In this document: in pieces, positions 13,247 to 25,074 of the stretch
Layout of the letters: every line of letters begins with the position of its first letter
Position numbering within the stretch: position 1 is the stretch's first letter
From: Octopus vulgaris
Lineage: Eukaryota
Assembly (NCBI GenBank): GCA_951406725.2
Contig: OX597822.1
Coordinates: 63,302,001-63,366,000, forward strand
Reading direction: 5' to 3'
Length of the DNA: 64,000 bases
The notes under the pieces: model-generated
What the model saw: the letters and a program-made list of their open reading frames with translations, nothing else
Databases searched by the model: none
What the model was told of the DNA's origin: nothing
Program-made: the position numbers and the translations under genes

Positions 13247-16200
13247 TCTGTTTGTCCCCACAACATCGCTTAACAACCGATGCTGATGTGTTTACATCCT
13301 TGTAACTTTGCGGTTCGGCAAAAGATATTGATAGAATAAGTACTAGGCTTACAAAGAAAAAGTCCTGGGGTCGATTTGCTCGACTAAAGGTGGTGCTCCA
13401 GCATGGCCACAGTCAAATGACTGAAACAAGTAAAAGAGAGAGCCAAAGGAGAAGCAGAAAAGAAGAAGTTTGCCAAAGTTCAGCGACATGAGGACCAAAG
13501 AACTGAAGTATTTCAGATTGCAAGACAGTGTGTGAGAGAAAATTGTGATGTTACAGGAGAGAAATGTGTCTGCATGGATGATGGTGCACTTGCTTTTAAT
13601 GATTCTGCAAAGAAAGAGGCTTGGAGATGCCAGTATGAAAGGCTGCTGAATGTGGAGAATGAATGGGAGGAGGAGAGCCTGCCAAATGTTGACCCTGGTA
13701 GATAAAGCAATTAAGGATATGAAGTCAGGAAACCAGCCCCTGGCCCATCAGGAATCAGTGCTGAGATGCTTAAAATATCTGGTGGTGGGGGCTATGGCCT
13801 AGTCACTCATATTGTAAACCAGGTGGTTCACGAAGGAGTCATACCCAATGACTGGTATAGCAGCACCATAGTCAACTGCTACAAACGTAAAGGTGATGTT
13901 TTAGATAGAAATAACTACAGGAGTATCAAACTGCTGGATCAGGTGATGAAGGTCACAGAGAGGGTCATAGCCCAACTAATTAGGGAGAGAGCCAGCCTAG
14001 ATGAGATACAGTTTAGTTTTGTGTTGGGTAGAAGCATCACTGATATTATGTTTCTGATAAGGCAACTGCAGGAGAAATACCTAGTCAAAGTTAAACCCCT
14101 GTACTTGACTTTTGTTGACTGGGAGAAAGCCTTTAACAGGGACCCTGATCCCTTATCTTGTAGGTGATGTGGAAACTAGGGATTAGTAAGAGCTGTACAG
14201 GCCCTATCAGTAAGGTAAGGGTTGGCAATGAGTATAGTGAAGAATTCTGGGTAGAAGTAGGGGTTCACCAAGGTTCAGTCCTCAGCCCCCTCTTATTCAT
14301 CATAATCCTCCAGGCAATAACAGAGGAATTCAGACAGGCCGCCCATGGGAGCTCCTCTATGCTAATGACCTTGCTCTCATAGCTAAATCACTACCAGAAC
14401 TAGAGAAGAAATTTCAGGTGTGGAAGCAAGGTTTAGAATCAAAAGGTCTTAGAGTCAATGTTGCAAAAACCAAAGTCCTAGTAAGTAGGAAGGCGAACAA
14501 ATCACAAGCCCCTTCAGGTAGATGGCCCTGCTCAATCTGTAGAAAAGGTGTAGGTAGAAACTCCATAAGATGTACCCAGTGTAAGCTATGGACGCATAAG
14601 AGGTGCAGCAACATCAAAGGAAGGTTAACCGGGATGATAGTTTTTGTATGCAGTAGATGCACAGGGGCAATAAACACCAAAGATGTTCAGAAAACAGAAT
14701 CCATCATATGCCAGGGGAAGAAACTAGAAGTAGTTGATAGCTTCCGTTACCCAGGTAACCAAGTCTGTAGTGGGGGTGGATGCTCTGAGAGTGTTGCCGC
14801 TAGAATAAGAATAGCCTGGGCAAAGTTCAGAAAGCTCCTACCTTTACTGGTAACAAAAGGCCTCTCGCTCAGAGGGAAATGTAGACTGTATGATGCATGT
14901 GTGCTACACAGTAGTGAAACATGGGCCATCACTATTAAGGACATGTAGTCTTGAAAGAAATGAAGCTAGTATGATCTGCTGGATGTGTAATGTCACTGTG
15001 CACACACAACAGAGTGTAAGCGCCCTGAGGGAAATGTTGTTACATAAGAAGCATCAGATGTGGTTTGCAAGAGAGACGACTGTTCTGGTATGGTCATGTG
15101 CCGTGTATGGATGAGGAGAGCTGTGTGAAGAAGCATCACTCTCAAACTGTGGAAGGAATCCATGGAAGAGGGAGACCCAGGAAGACATGGGATGAGGTGG
15201 TGAAGCATGACTATCGAATGTTGGGCTTCACAGAGGCAATGACAAGAGACTGAGACCTCTGGAGATATGCTGTGATTGAGAAGACCTGGCAAGTAAAGTG
15301 AGATCAGAGCCATATCCTATACCAGTGTCATATAACCAGCCCAGTCAAAAAGTACCTTTGAATCGGTGGATGACACACAGTGCTTGAGGAGACCTACTGA
15401 GTCAAGTAAAATTGAAATCACAATCTCAATCAAATCGAAATCAAAATGGAAATCGCAGTTGTGACCGATGCCAGTGCCGCCTGACTGGCTCCCATGCTGG
15501 TGGTACACAATAAGAACCATTCGTGCATGGGTCAATGCCAATGCCACCTGACTGGCTCCCATGCCAGTGGAATGTAAAAAGCACCATCCAAACATGGTCG
15601 ATGCCAGCTCCCCCACCCCAACTGGCTCCTGTGCCAGTGGTATGTAAAAAGCACTACCCGAACATGGCTAATGCCAGTACCGCCTGACTGGTTCCCGTGC
15701 CGGTGGCATGTAAAAAGCACCCACTACACTCTAGGAGTGGTTGGCGTTAGGAAGGGCATCCAGCTGTAGAAACCTTGCCAGATCAGATTGGAGCCTGGTG
15801 CAGCCTCCTAGCTTGCCAGTCCCCAGTCAAACCGTCCAACCCATGCCAGCATGGAAAATGGATGTTAAATGAAAATGATGATGATAATGATACATACACA
15901 CATATATATATATATATATATATAAATAAGGATAAGATCGTTAATTTAATTATTGATAATATCAAGTGGCCAGCATGGGTATAAAAACTTTCAAAGGTAA
16001 TAATTTAATGTGGTTTTAGAGTCAAGTTTTGGCTGCTACTTCCAGCATGGAGGTATCTTTTAGATACCCTAAATTATAATTATATATATATATATATATA
16101 TATGTATAGTAGAATAATAAACAAAAAGGGAAATGACAAAGGTCTCTAACAATGCAGAGAGGAAAGTAGAAAAAAATCCTTTATATATTTCAAGTACAAA

Positions 16201-19200
16201 GACCCAGCTTCAGAAAGATACAGTCAAAGAAATGCACATCTGCATAGACCCTGCCATTTGGAGAGCCAAATGGGCAGTGACTGTTTTATTTGGTGCTTGT
16301 ACTAGCAGCAGCAGCTCTCCAAATGATCTTACAGTTAGGTTGGCAGCAGTGGCAGTGAAGGTGGTTGTTTACATCGATGTTGTCGAAGGTGGTAAATGCC
16401 ATTGTAGTAGTCATCGATGGTATCGTCTACCTCGGTGCTGTTGGCAATAGTAGTAAATAAATGTCATTCTGCACTGAAAGCAAATTACCATGGGAACTAT
16501 AATGCTCTTCTTCCGCATGTGTGTGAGTGTGTGAGTGCGTGTGTGTAACAGCATGTGAGTGTGTCTGTGAGAGTGTGTGCATGTGTGAGTGTGTGTGTGA
16601 GTGTGTGCATGTGCATGTGAGTGTGTGTGTGTGCACGCATGTGTCTGAGTGTGTGCGTGTATCTGTGATCATGTGTGTCTTTGTGATCATTAATGTCCCT
16701 CCACCCAACTCTGCCTGACAACCAGTATTGGTTTGTTTGTGTCCTCGTAACTTAGTACTTTGGTAAAAGAGACCGACAGAACAAGTACCCAACTTAAAAA
16801 GTAAGTACTGGCATCAATTCATTCATCTAAACCATTCAACATCATGCCCCAGCATGGCCACAGTCTAATGACTGAAACAAGTAAAGGACAGAAGATAATT
16901 AAAAAGCGAAATGAATGAAGCAAAATATCTCAAATGGACGAAGGACATAAATTTGGATAACTTATTTATCCATATTCATACCTTTGACCTTGGTGGGATT
17001 TGAACTAAGAGCCCACAGAGTAAAAACGTATACCACAAAGAATTCTATTTGATGCTCTAACGACTCAAAATAGCAATCATTTAGTTACTGATCAAGTACT
17101 AGTGTTAGCTGGTGTGAGGGAGGACACCCAGCCATGAAAACTACCGTAAATCCTTGAGTATAGTCTGCCCTTGAGTATAATACGCAGGGGATTTTTAGGG
17201 GGCTGTACCTCTGAAAAACTTAAACCTTGTGTATAATAAGCATCCCTTCTCTAACTTGAGTCAAGGAGGTCTATATAACGTCCTTGGTTTGTAAAAATGT
17301 ATACGGTAATGTCCTTTATTATTATTGTATATATAACATAATGCAAACGTGTAGCTTTTTTGTGCATTTTGTTTGCAGAAAATAAAGAAATAACGTTTAA
17401 TAAATGTTGCTTATTGCAAGTTATGGATGATTCTTTTATGACTTCATTGCTTTCAGGTTTAGCTGAAATGCATCTGAATAAACATTGCCGGACAGCAAAT
17501 AGAGACTCGGACATTGCTAAGAAAATAATTTCCATTTTTAACCCCATATATAGTACGCACTAGGGATTTTGACCGTTAAATTTTGGGAAAAAAGTACGGA
17601 TTATACTCAAGGATATACGATATGCGAGACAAGTGAGGCATGGTTGGAACACCAGTTGTAGGCGAGCAGTAACATGGATTAGGGTATTCAGCTTGTGGTC
17701 TGAAGGTTGCGGAGTTCAATTGTTGGGTAGGGTGATACATTATGCTCTTGAGCATGGCACTTCCTTTCATGTTCCTGCAACGGGCATGGTTGTGTGGTTG
17801 AGATGCTTGCTGCCCAACCACTTGATTCTGGGTTCAGTCCCACTGTGTGGTACCTTGGGTAAGTACCTTGCAGTATATGCCTTGTAAGTATATTTGGTAG
17901 AAAAAAGCCCATTACACGTGTGTGTGTGTGTGTGTACGCATAAGTGAGTTGGTGTGTCCCTGTGTGATTGTTGTAAACAACTGTCATCATCATACAGAGT
18001 GTGTTTTCTTACCTTTCTAGCTATGGGAAAATACAGCTTTACTTGGAATCAGATAAGGGTAGGTGGTAGGAAGGGTATTTGGCTGTAGAAAACTTGCCTG
18101 AACAGTAATAAGTAATAGCAGGTGTTAGTACAACCATATCTTCTTCCGGCTATCACTTGCTGGACATTTCGCTGAGTCAAGGATGAGAAGTTCCTTGAAC
18201 ACATCTATGTCTGCTCATGACTATATAAACACCTAAATCAGTTAGGAAAAGCATTGTGGTGTGGTAGCTCGCATGCCTCAATGACCCTAAGAGCTATCCC
18301 AGTGGAGCACATGCTCCTGTTAGGACCTTTCATGCTGGACAGGTCAAGAGATGGAGAATGGACTAATATGGATTGCTTCTTCCTAGAGGTAGAAATAGGT
18401 TTGCACAGGGAAAACAACCCTTCCGAAAAAAAGCCAAGTTACAGAAACATCAATGACAATTAAAGCAAGATAGGCGTAAGAGTGGCTGTGTGCTAAGTAG
18501 CTTGCTTACAAACCACATGGTTCCAGGTTCAGTCCCACTGTGTGGCACCTTGGCCAAGTGTCTTCTACTATAGCCTCAAGCTGACCAAAGCCTTTTGAGT
18601 GGATTTGGTAGACGGAAACTGAAAGAAGCCTGTCGTATATGTGTATATATATGTATATGTATGTGTGTGTATATATTTGTTCCCCCAACATCGCTTGATT
18701 ACTGATGCTGGTGTGTTTATGGTCCCGTAACTTAGTAGTTTGGCAAAGAGTCCAATAGAATAAGTACTAGGCTTACAAAGAATAAGTCCTGGTGTCGATT
18801 TGCTCGATCGACTAAAGGCAGTGCTCCAGCATGGTCACAGTCAAATGACTGAAACAAGTAAAAGAGTAAAGAGTATACCTGGCACCTGGCCATACTTAAG
18901 AAGACCCATGCCCACAGCAGAAGTGTTAAGACTGAGCCTGCTGGTGGTGTAAAGCACACATGATGGTGCCACGTCACATAAAAGTGCCATTGCAGTGCCA
19001 AGTAAAAGCACTTGTGCAGTGCCACATAAAAGCGCCCATATGGTGCCACATAATAGCACCCAGTGCACTCTGTAAAGTGGTTGGCATTAGGAAGGGCATC
19101 CAGCCATAGAAACCATGCCGAATCAGACTGGAGTCTGGTGCAGCTCCCCAGCTTGCTAGCTCTGGTCAAACCATCTAACCCATGCCAGCATGGACAATGG

Positions 19201-22200
19201 ACGTTAAATGATGATGATGATATAAGAGAAGAAGGCCTTCTCTCATGGAAATATATGGTGCCCTCCGTACAAACAAGGCAGCACTAAGAACAGTCCAGAG
19301 TCAAGAACAGTGGAGAAAGGTCATTGATGGCCAATGTTCCACAAGAAACAAAGAGCTTAAGTTAAATATGGTACATACATGCTTGCAAGTGACAGCTATT
19401 CTCATCATCTTGAGTTTTAACCCCAAGCAATCTTTGTAACAAGACTGAACAATAATCATAGGGGGTTATATTTTTTATTATATAGAAGATGACCCCTATA
19501 ATTAACAATCCAAACACATTATGAATGTTACCCCAGAAAACACAATGGCTTATCTTCATCAAAATGGTATAAAAAGAAAAGGGTTATTTCCATAATCATT
19601 TCAACCAAAACCATGTGATGAAGACAATTTTAACCTTTTTTTTTTATATTATTACTATTAGGTTACTTTTGACATCACCTTTCTGTCATTGTTAGATATA
19701 TAAGGATGTTGTTGTTGTTCTGGTTGCTTTTTTATTGTGATTGTTTGTTTACTAAAACATGACCTTCACATTCTGTTAGAAAGCCAAACTAGGTTGTTCC
19801 ATAATCCTAGCTTTTAGAAGCTTCATGCCAGAGTCACAATAAATACTCTTTTTCCCCCCCTTTTTTTTGTTATTTTTGTTATGCCTCTGCCACCCCTCCT
19901 CTAATTTCTTTGTTGTTGTCTTTTCTTTATCTCTCTATCCTTCCCTCACTATTCCAGTCAGAAAAAAAAAAAGACATGGCTTCTACAATTTCAGCAAATG
20001 CAACACAAGCAGAGGGATAGGAGAAGAGAAAAGATGATTATGGAAAGAGAGGGAAGAGAGACAAAGAGAATGATACAAGAGAGAAAAGAAGGAGAAGGAG
20101 AGAAGAAATGGAGGGGAAGGGATGAGATGAGGGGAAAGGAAACAAGGGAGAACAGAGAGAGGAGCAAAGAAAGAGGGGGGACAGGGAGGCTTACACATAG
20201 CTGAAAGGGCAGGACAATTGAAAACCAATCTCTTTAATATTTGTGACTTGACAAACACACCTTAAATCTTTACATTTTTATTAAAACAACCACTTGGCGA
20301 AAAGTCACCATTAACCCTTTTGTTACGGTATTTATTTTGAGATGCTTTGTGTCTCTTTGAATTACTTTAAATATAACAAAGAATTTAGTAAAATAACTTA
20401 GTTATCATTAAGTTAGTGTTAGGAACATAAATTGTGACTAAGGTTTGGTGGAAGATTTTAATGCAAAACTTATAAAAATAAGACATTTGTACTCAGAGCC
20501 AGAGCCGGTTTCAGCCGGGTTGGTAATGAAAGGGTTAACCCTTGACAGAAACTGCAGTATTGCAGACAAAATTGTCACATAGACCAGAGACAGTTGTTTA
20601 TTTCATTTTGAATAAATTTGGAATTTGAGTTCTTCCAAAGTTGGTGCTAAGCTAATTGGAAGCCACCATAAGATAGTTGTGTTCAATTGGAGAATCAAAG
20701 TTGCTTTGGAATGTAAACCAAAGTGAATGGCGAACTCCAATCAAGTTTAAATACTGGGATGAATCTGATAAAGAAAAATTGCAAAGAACTGTAGAGAAAG
20801 AGCTTCAGAGAGTATAAAACCTTCTGTGGGTATCTCATATGTTCCAATCTGAACTGCTTAACCCTTTACCAGTCTAAAGCACATACTTGTGTTCAGACTT
20901 TTAGTTAGCCCTCGTTTCATATAGTCTGCCTAATATAATCCTTTCATAAGTCTTAAGTTACTTCAATGGTTGAAAAAATTGAGAATCTGTATCGTATATG
21001 ATGCATAAAGCTGACATGGTTGCTACATTAGGGGATGACGCTCCAGCTTTATCAAGGGTGCAAAAGTGGGCAGCTGAATTTAGGAGGGAAAGGGAGAGTA
21101 TTGAAGATGACTCAAGGTCTGGATGTCCTACAAATATCACCACTGAGGAAAACATTGATCATATGTTTCAATTACATTTAGATAGTCTATTTGCTTTCAC
21201 AGAGGTCCCATGATGTCTTCCACATTTGCCAAATGTTTATAGGCACTAGCCTTCAAAACTGATGATTGCATGATTAAGAAGCTTTTCTTCCTAACCATGT
21301 GGTCTTGGATTCATAGTCGAAGACATTTGCCCAAGATGAAGCTTCTAATATATTCCCAAGCTGATTGAAGCCTTGTGAGTGGATTTCTTAGATGAAAACT
21401 GAAAGAAGCCCAATATATACATGTATGTATATATCATCATCATCATCGTTTAACATCCCATTTTCCATGCTAGCATGGGTTGGACAGTTCGACCGGGGTC
21501 TGGGAAGCCAGGAGGCTGCACCAGACTCCAGTCTGATTTGACAGTGTTTCTACAGCTGGATGCCCTTCCTAATGCCAACCACAATGAGTGTAGTGGGTGC
21601 TTTTAACATGCCACCAGCACGGGGGCCAGAGGAGGCTGGCAAACGGCCATGATCAGTTGGTGCTTTTACATGTCACCGACACGGACGCCAGTCGGGAGAC
21701 GCTGGCATCTGCCACATTCAGACGGTGCTTTTTACGTGTCACCGGCACGGGTATCATAACTACAATTTCCATTTGATTTTCATTTTGATGTTGGTGTTGA
21801 CGTACTTGACTCAATAGGTCTCCTCAAGAACAGCGAGTCACTCTACAATCCAAGGTTAGCACAGCAGGCCATCCTGCGAGCCATGAACTCACTTTATTTG
21901 TTGGGTCTTCACAGTCACAGCATATCTCAGAGGTCTCGGTCTTTGTCATTTTCTCTGTGAGGCCCTACGTGCCACCAGCAAAGGTATACTATATATAGTC
22001 CAACCCATGCTAGCATGGAAAACGGACGTTAAACGATGATGATGATGATTCGAGTGTGATTGTTACCAGCATCGCACTACTGGCACTCGAGCCCTGTGCT
22101 AGTAGGATATTAAGAGCACCATCTGAGTGTGATTGTTGCCAGAGCCGCTATCTGGCCTCCGTGCCAGTGGCACGTAAAAAACACCATTCGAGCGGGATTG

Positions 22201-23370
22201 TTACCAGTATAGGCTTACTGGCACCCGCGCCGGTGGGATGTGTAAAAGATTCAAGCGAGGTCGTTGCCAGTGCCGTCTGACTGGCCCCATGCCGGTGGTA
22301 TGTAAAAGCACCCACTACACTCTCGGAGTAGTTGGCGTTAGGAAGGGCATCCAGCTGTAGAAACTCTGCCAGGTCAAGATTGAAGCCTAGAGCAGCCATC
22401 TGGTTTGCCAGCCCTCAATCATACGTCCAACCCATGCTAGCATGGAAAGCAGACGTTAAACGATGATGATGATATATGTGTGTGTGTGTGTGTGTGTCTT
22501 TGTGTTTGTTTGCCACTACCATTTGAGAACTGGTGTTGGTTTGTTTATATCCCTGTAAGTAAGACATTCAGCAAAAGAGACTGATAGGATAAGTATGAGG
22601 CTTGAATGTAATTAGTGGGGTCAGTTTGCTCAACTAAATCCTTCATGGCAGTGCTCCCACATGGCCACAATCCAATGACTGAAGTAAAAAAAAAAATCTA
22701 CTGCTACTAATACAGCTGTTGTTGAATGCTCACAATTACTTCTTTGCAAATAAACTTGAAGCATGAAATAATTGAAAATAAATAGTAAACCAGATTTTTT
22801 ATGGTTCAATACAACTTGTAATGACAGCTTTGATGTGTACCATCTGGTTCACTGTGCAAAGCACTCAGGATGTTGACATCCTGCACTCAGGATGTCAACA
22901 TCCTGAGTGTTTCGCCCATAAGAGAAACCCAAAAGTGCATAACTGTCACCATTCCCAGTTTATTAACTTAGCACAGAGTTTGAACCAAGGGAAGCAAAAC
23001 GAATTTTTTTTTTTTTTTTTTGCTTCTAGCACTTACGCTTGTATTTTGAATCTGATTCGAAATAATAGGAAAGGAGATGAACTTCAAATTAATTACAGTT
23101 CTATTATGTTGTTTAGGTCCAGTTAAAATGTAGTTACAGGGAATGAAGAAGAGTCAGTCACAAATATTGTTCGTTGTATGACAAGGCAGTCACACAAGAC
23201 TAGATTTTTCATTATGTACGTGACGCTCAGGCACGTATATTGACAATTTGGTTTCTTGCTTTGCTATTCGGGGGGTGTGGTTTTAGCCTTTTAAGGACGC
23301 TCTTAGTTCTCTGACTGAAGTAAACAAAACAGATGATATAATATGAATGCGATCAATGTGTAACTTGAAC

Positions 23371-23418
<48 letters not shown>

Positions 23419-24718
23419 AAAATGAAAGGAGAAAAACAGTTCGTGAGAAAATCATACACCTGGGGTATGATTTTCGCACGAAAATTTTAAGTATAGATTT
23501 TTTTTAACCTTCATCAACAGTTTTTTTTTTTTTCATTATCTCTTTTTTAAAAATCAGAACATCATCCTTTTTTTTTAATAAAAAAAAATAAATAAAATCA
23601 CATTAATGAGAAATCTCAGTCGTGTTATGTGTGTATATTAGTTACACGGATGAAGAACGGGGCATCATGTAATAATAACTGCATGGTTTTCAAGATAAGG
23701 AAAACTAGTATTTTCAATAATGGAAACATCCAGTATTGCACTGTTTCGCTGTAAATCAGTGATTCGGGATGTTGTTGTTTTTGTTTTTTTTTATTTCGCC
23801 ATACAGTGGACATACAATATTTAGATAAAAACATTACTAACACAATTTCCATGGAAATTTGGACAAAACTACGTTTTACAAAAATTTTGGGCGAAAAAAA
23901 TCCCAGAAATCTATTGCTTATTCTCCTTTATCAATAATACTTGTGTATAACAAAATTATGAATAAAACGCTTTTGAAGATGCTTTATAAAATCATATTTT
24001 TGAAAACACACGGCACACCTCGATACCCGTTGAGAGTCACTGCGTTAAATGAATAAGTGCCTAGGACTTAAATCATCATTCTTCGAAAATCTAAGCCCCA
24101 AAGCTTAGATTTTTCCCTTTTTCTTACAGCAAAATAATTTATTTTGCTTTTAAACTATTGAAACCGATATGCGTAATTGTAGAATTCGTTGAAACTAACT
24201 GCTTTGAGAAAACGAAATGTTAAAGCAAACAGACCCTGTGATGACGATGATTAATCAAAGTAAAAATAAATTGAGAGGTAATTCTTTGTTTAAATAAAAT
24301 ACGAACTTTAAAAATTACAGGCATCAAAAGAAATCCAGATAGGATTTTCTGCGAATTAACGAAAAATCCAAGTGATTTAATGCATATAAACAGCGCCAGA
24401 AGTGATGCAATAATATATATTTACATTGAACAACGAGAATGTTTGTTGATAGTGCGACTGGCAAGTCAACAAACACACCACGTTACTATGCAAAATGTAC
24501 ACAACACGGTTAGTTCATGAATACACAGAAAGAATTCTCTAAGATATGAGAAATTCTTAGATGTCAGCTTTAAAAAAAATCCATACAGAGAAAAGATACA
24601 ACTATAACATATCAGTATGTGAGATTCATATGAAATTATTCGAAATATTTACCGCGAATAACCGTCTAATTTCTGGACAGTCCGATTCCACAGCAACTCT
24701 GACCGTATACGAAGCCAT
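7079..24718 (-). CDS. SAT2: Diamine (spermidine/spermine) N-acetyltransferase SAT/SSAT-family gene, 5 coding exons: join(24718-24653, 11853-11802, 9731-9666, 8441-8287, 7255-7079), 171 aa; SAT1 vs SAT2 orthology not resolved
   Basis: Manual splicing gives 66+52+66+155+177=516 nt with all GT-AG introns and consistent phases: MASYTVRVAVESDCPEIRRLFA|EQEEDDDEDLKSQLTLED|LKKYGFGEDQKFVILVAHRVSD|TSATPFLVGYLFFSKIFCTFMGKTLLVDDLYVTPEYRNQGICKQLGHLLVK|IALEQDFRQVQWYTPTNNVEIKNLCNLVHAVNESKIDNYFYLNFFKEDIEKLNNCIEL*. Colinear with SAT motifs (DC..I.RL, GFG, VGY, DLYV.PEYR..GI). Confidence 0.88.
8287..8441 (-). CDS. SAT-like gene coding exon 4 (GNAT motif A region)
   Basis: Acceptor tttcttattttag|AT, donor AAG|gtaatg; VGYLFFSKIFCTFMGKTLLVDDLYVTPEYRNQGI is visible in ORF 8212..8421. 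Confidence 0.93.
8546..8975 (+). mobile_element. tRNA-derived SINE family A (~430 bp, internal (TA)/(TG) microsatellite, (AAAGAGT)n tail)
   Basis: Head gtggctgtgtggtaagtagcttgcttaccaaccacatggtt.. gggttcagtccc (A/B boxes); tail cagcatggccacagtcaaatgactgaaacaagtaaaagag. Confidence 0.9.
9110..9418 (+). mobile_element. CR1-type LINE 3' end (ORF2 C-terminus, 3' UTR, (ATT)n tail)
   Basis: Translates KQHSSYDFRKHFFTLRVAEAWNKLPASVV...*, the typical CR1/L2 ORF2 terminus. Confidence 0.8.
9666..9731 (-). CDS. SAT-like gene coding exon 3 (DLKKYGFGEDQKFVILVAHRVS-)
   Basis: Acceptor ttttttatcttctag|AT, donor CAG|gtatga; GFG motif and LVA as in SAT proteins. Confidence 0.88.
10610..11175 (-). mobile_element. 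Internally deleted mariner transposon with TIRs and TA TSD
   Basis: TIRs ttgggttgtctggaaagtttgtgcc / ggcacgaactttcctgacaacccaa flanked by TA; ORF 10725..10955 has HPPYSPDIAPSDFHLF. Confidence 0.93.
11802..11853 (-). CDS. SAT-like gene coding exon 2 (EQEEDDDEDLKSQLTLE-)
   Basis: Acceptor tattttataaatag|GAG, donor GAAG|gtaagt, 52 nt, phase 0 to 1; joins exons 1 and 3 in frame. Confidence 0.8.
12345..12520 (-). mobile_element. Second copy of the CR1-type 3' end, inverted relative to 9110-9418
   Basis: Reverse complement matches ~9210-9400 (gcatccttcaaaacttcc...gtggtgcacctg.gcactgtatacaata). Confidence 0.8.
13040..13440 (+). mobile_element. SINE family A copy directly abutting the truncated RTE LINE
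   Basis: Near full-length match to 8546-8975. Confidence 0.88.
13441..15890 (+). mobile_element. 5'-truncated, frameshifted RTE-clade LINE (reverse transcriptase, PHD-like finger, repetitive 3' UTR, (GAT)n tail) in SAT intron 1
   Basis: ORFs 13766-15253 carry RT motifs YKRKGD..NYRSIKLL, FVDWEKAF, GVHQGSVLSPLLF, a decayed YADD (tatgctaatgac) and GRGRPRKTW; multiple stops and frameshifts. Confidence 0.93.
15465..15725 (+). repeat. ~59-bp tandem repeats in the RTE 3' UTR
   Basis: Four or more imperfect copies of gatgccagtgccgcctgactggctcccgtgccggtggcatgtaaaaagcac. Confidence 0.85.
17144..17620. mobile_element. Tigger/pogo-like MITE (TA TSD)
   Basis: Termini ccgtaaatccttgagtata / ttatactcaaggatatacga flanked by TA; homologous to 54119-54634. 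Confidence 0.85.
18472..18875 (+). mobile_element. SINE family A copy
   Basis: Full head, microsatellite and tail. Confidence 0.88.
20315..20534. mobile_element. piggyBac-like MITE
   Basis: TTAA|ccctttt...gaaaggg|TTAA termini. Confidence 0.8.
20975..21165 (+). mobile_element. Mariner transposase N-terminal (HTH) fragment
   Basis: ADMVATLGDDAPALSRVQKWAAEFRRERESIEDDSRSGCP matches the mariner N-terminal pattern. Confidence 0.8.
21435..21965 (-). mobile_element. RTE LINE 3' end fragment (related subfamily)
   Basis: Reverse complement matches the 15220-15890 tail (gttggcattaggaagggcatccagctgtagaa, catgctagcatggaaa, (GAT)n). Confidence 0.8.
21995..22472 (+). mobile_element. RTE-tail repeat (3' UTR tandem units plus (GAT)n tail); similar tails at ~7565-7930, 11340-11465, 11915-12135 and 18940-19222
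   Basis: Same ggcgttaggaagggcatccagctgtagaaa...caacccatgctagcatggaaa...cgttaaacgatgatgat sequence as the RTE 3' end. Confidence 0.8.
24653..24718 (-). CDS. SAT-like gene coding exon 1 (MASYTVRVAVESDCPEIRRLFA)
   Basis: ATG at 24718, 66 nt, donor GCG|GTAAAT; resembles the SAT N-terminus M...IR.A...DC..I.RL. Confidence 0.85.
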
Positions 24719-24721
24719 AAT

Positions 24722-24747
24722 TTACATTAATCAAGGGAAGCAACCAT
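24722..24747 (-). promoter_or_regulatory. Candidate uORF (MVASLD*) overlapped by an ATG-TAA start-stop element just before the SAT start codon
   Basis: Minus strand reads acaATGGTTGCTTCCCTTGATTAATGTAAATTATG(main). Whether this lies in the mRNA is unknown. Confidence 0.35.
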
Positions 24748-24861
24748 TGTCTACTATTTAAATCCTCGCTTGTCAGTGGTGAGGCTTGCAATGAAAACTA
24801 ATGGGAAATTTTGCTTAAATAGCACATCAGTCAGCTTTACTATTACTATTATTACTATTAC

Positions 24862-24892
<31 letters not shown>

Positions 24893-25074
24893 TTATTTAT
24901 TTTAATTTTTTTTTTTTACAAATATGATTTCTGACCTTTATTAACATAAATACGGCAGTACTACATAGTAATTAGAGCGTTAGCACGATTAGATTGGTTA
25001 ATATAAATAACAATTGTACACGCGCGTAAACAGAGGCACTGAACGAATATTATTATAGATCGCGTGAATTAAAT

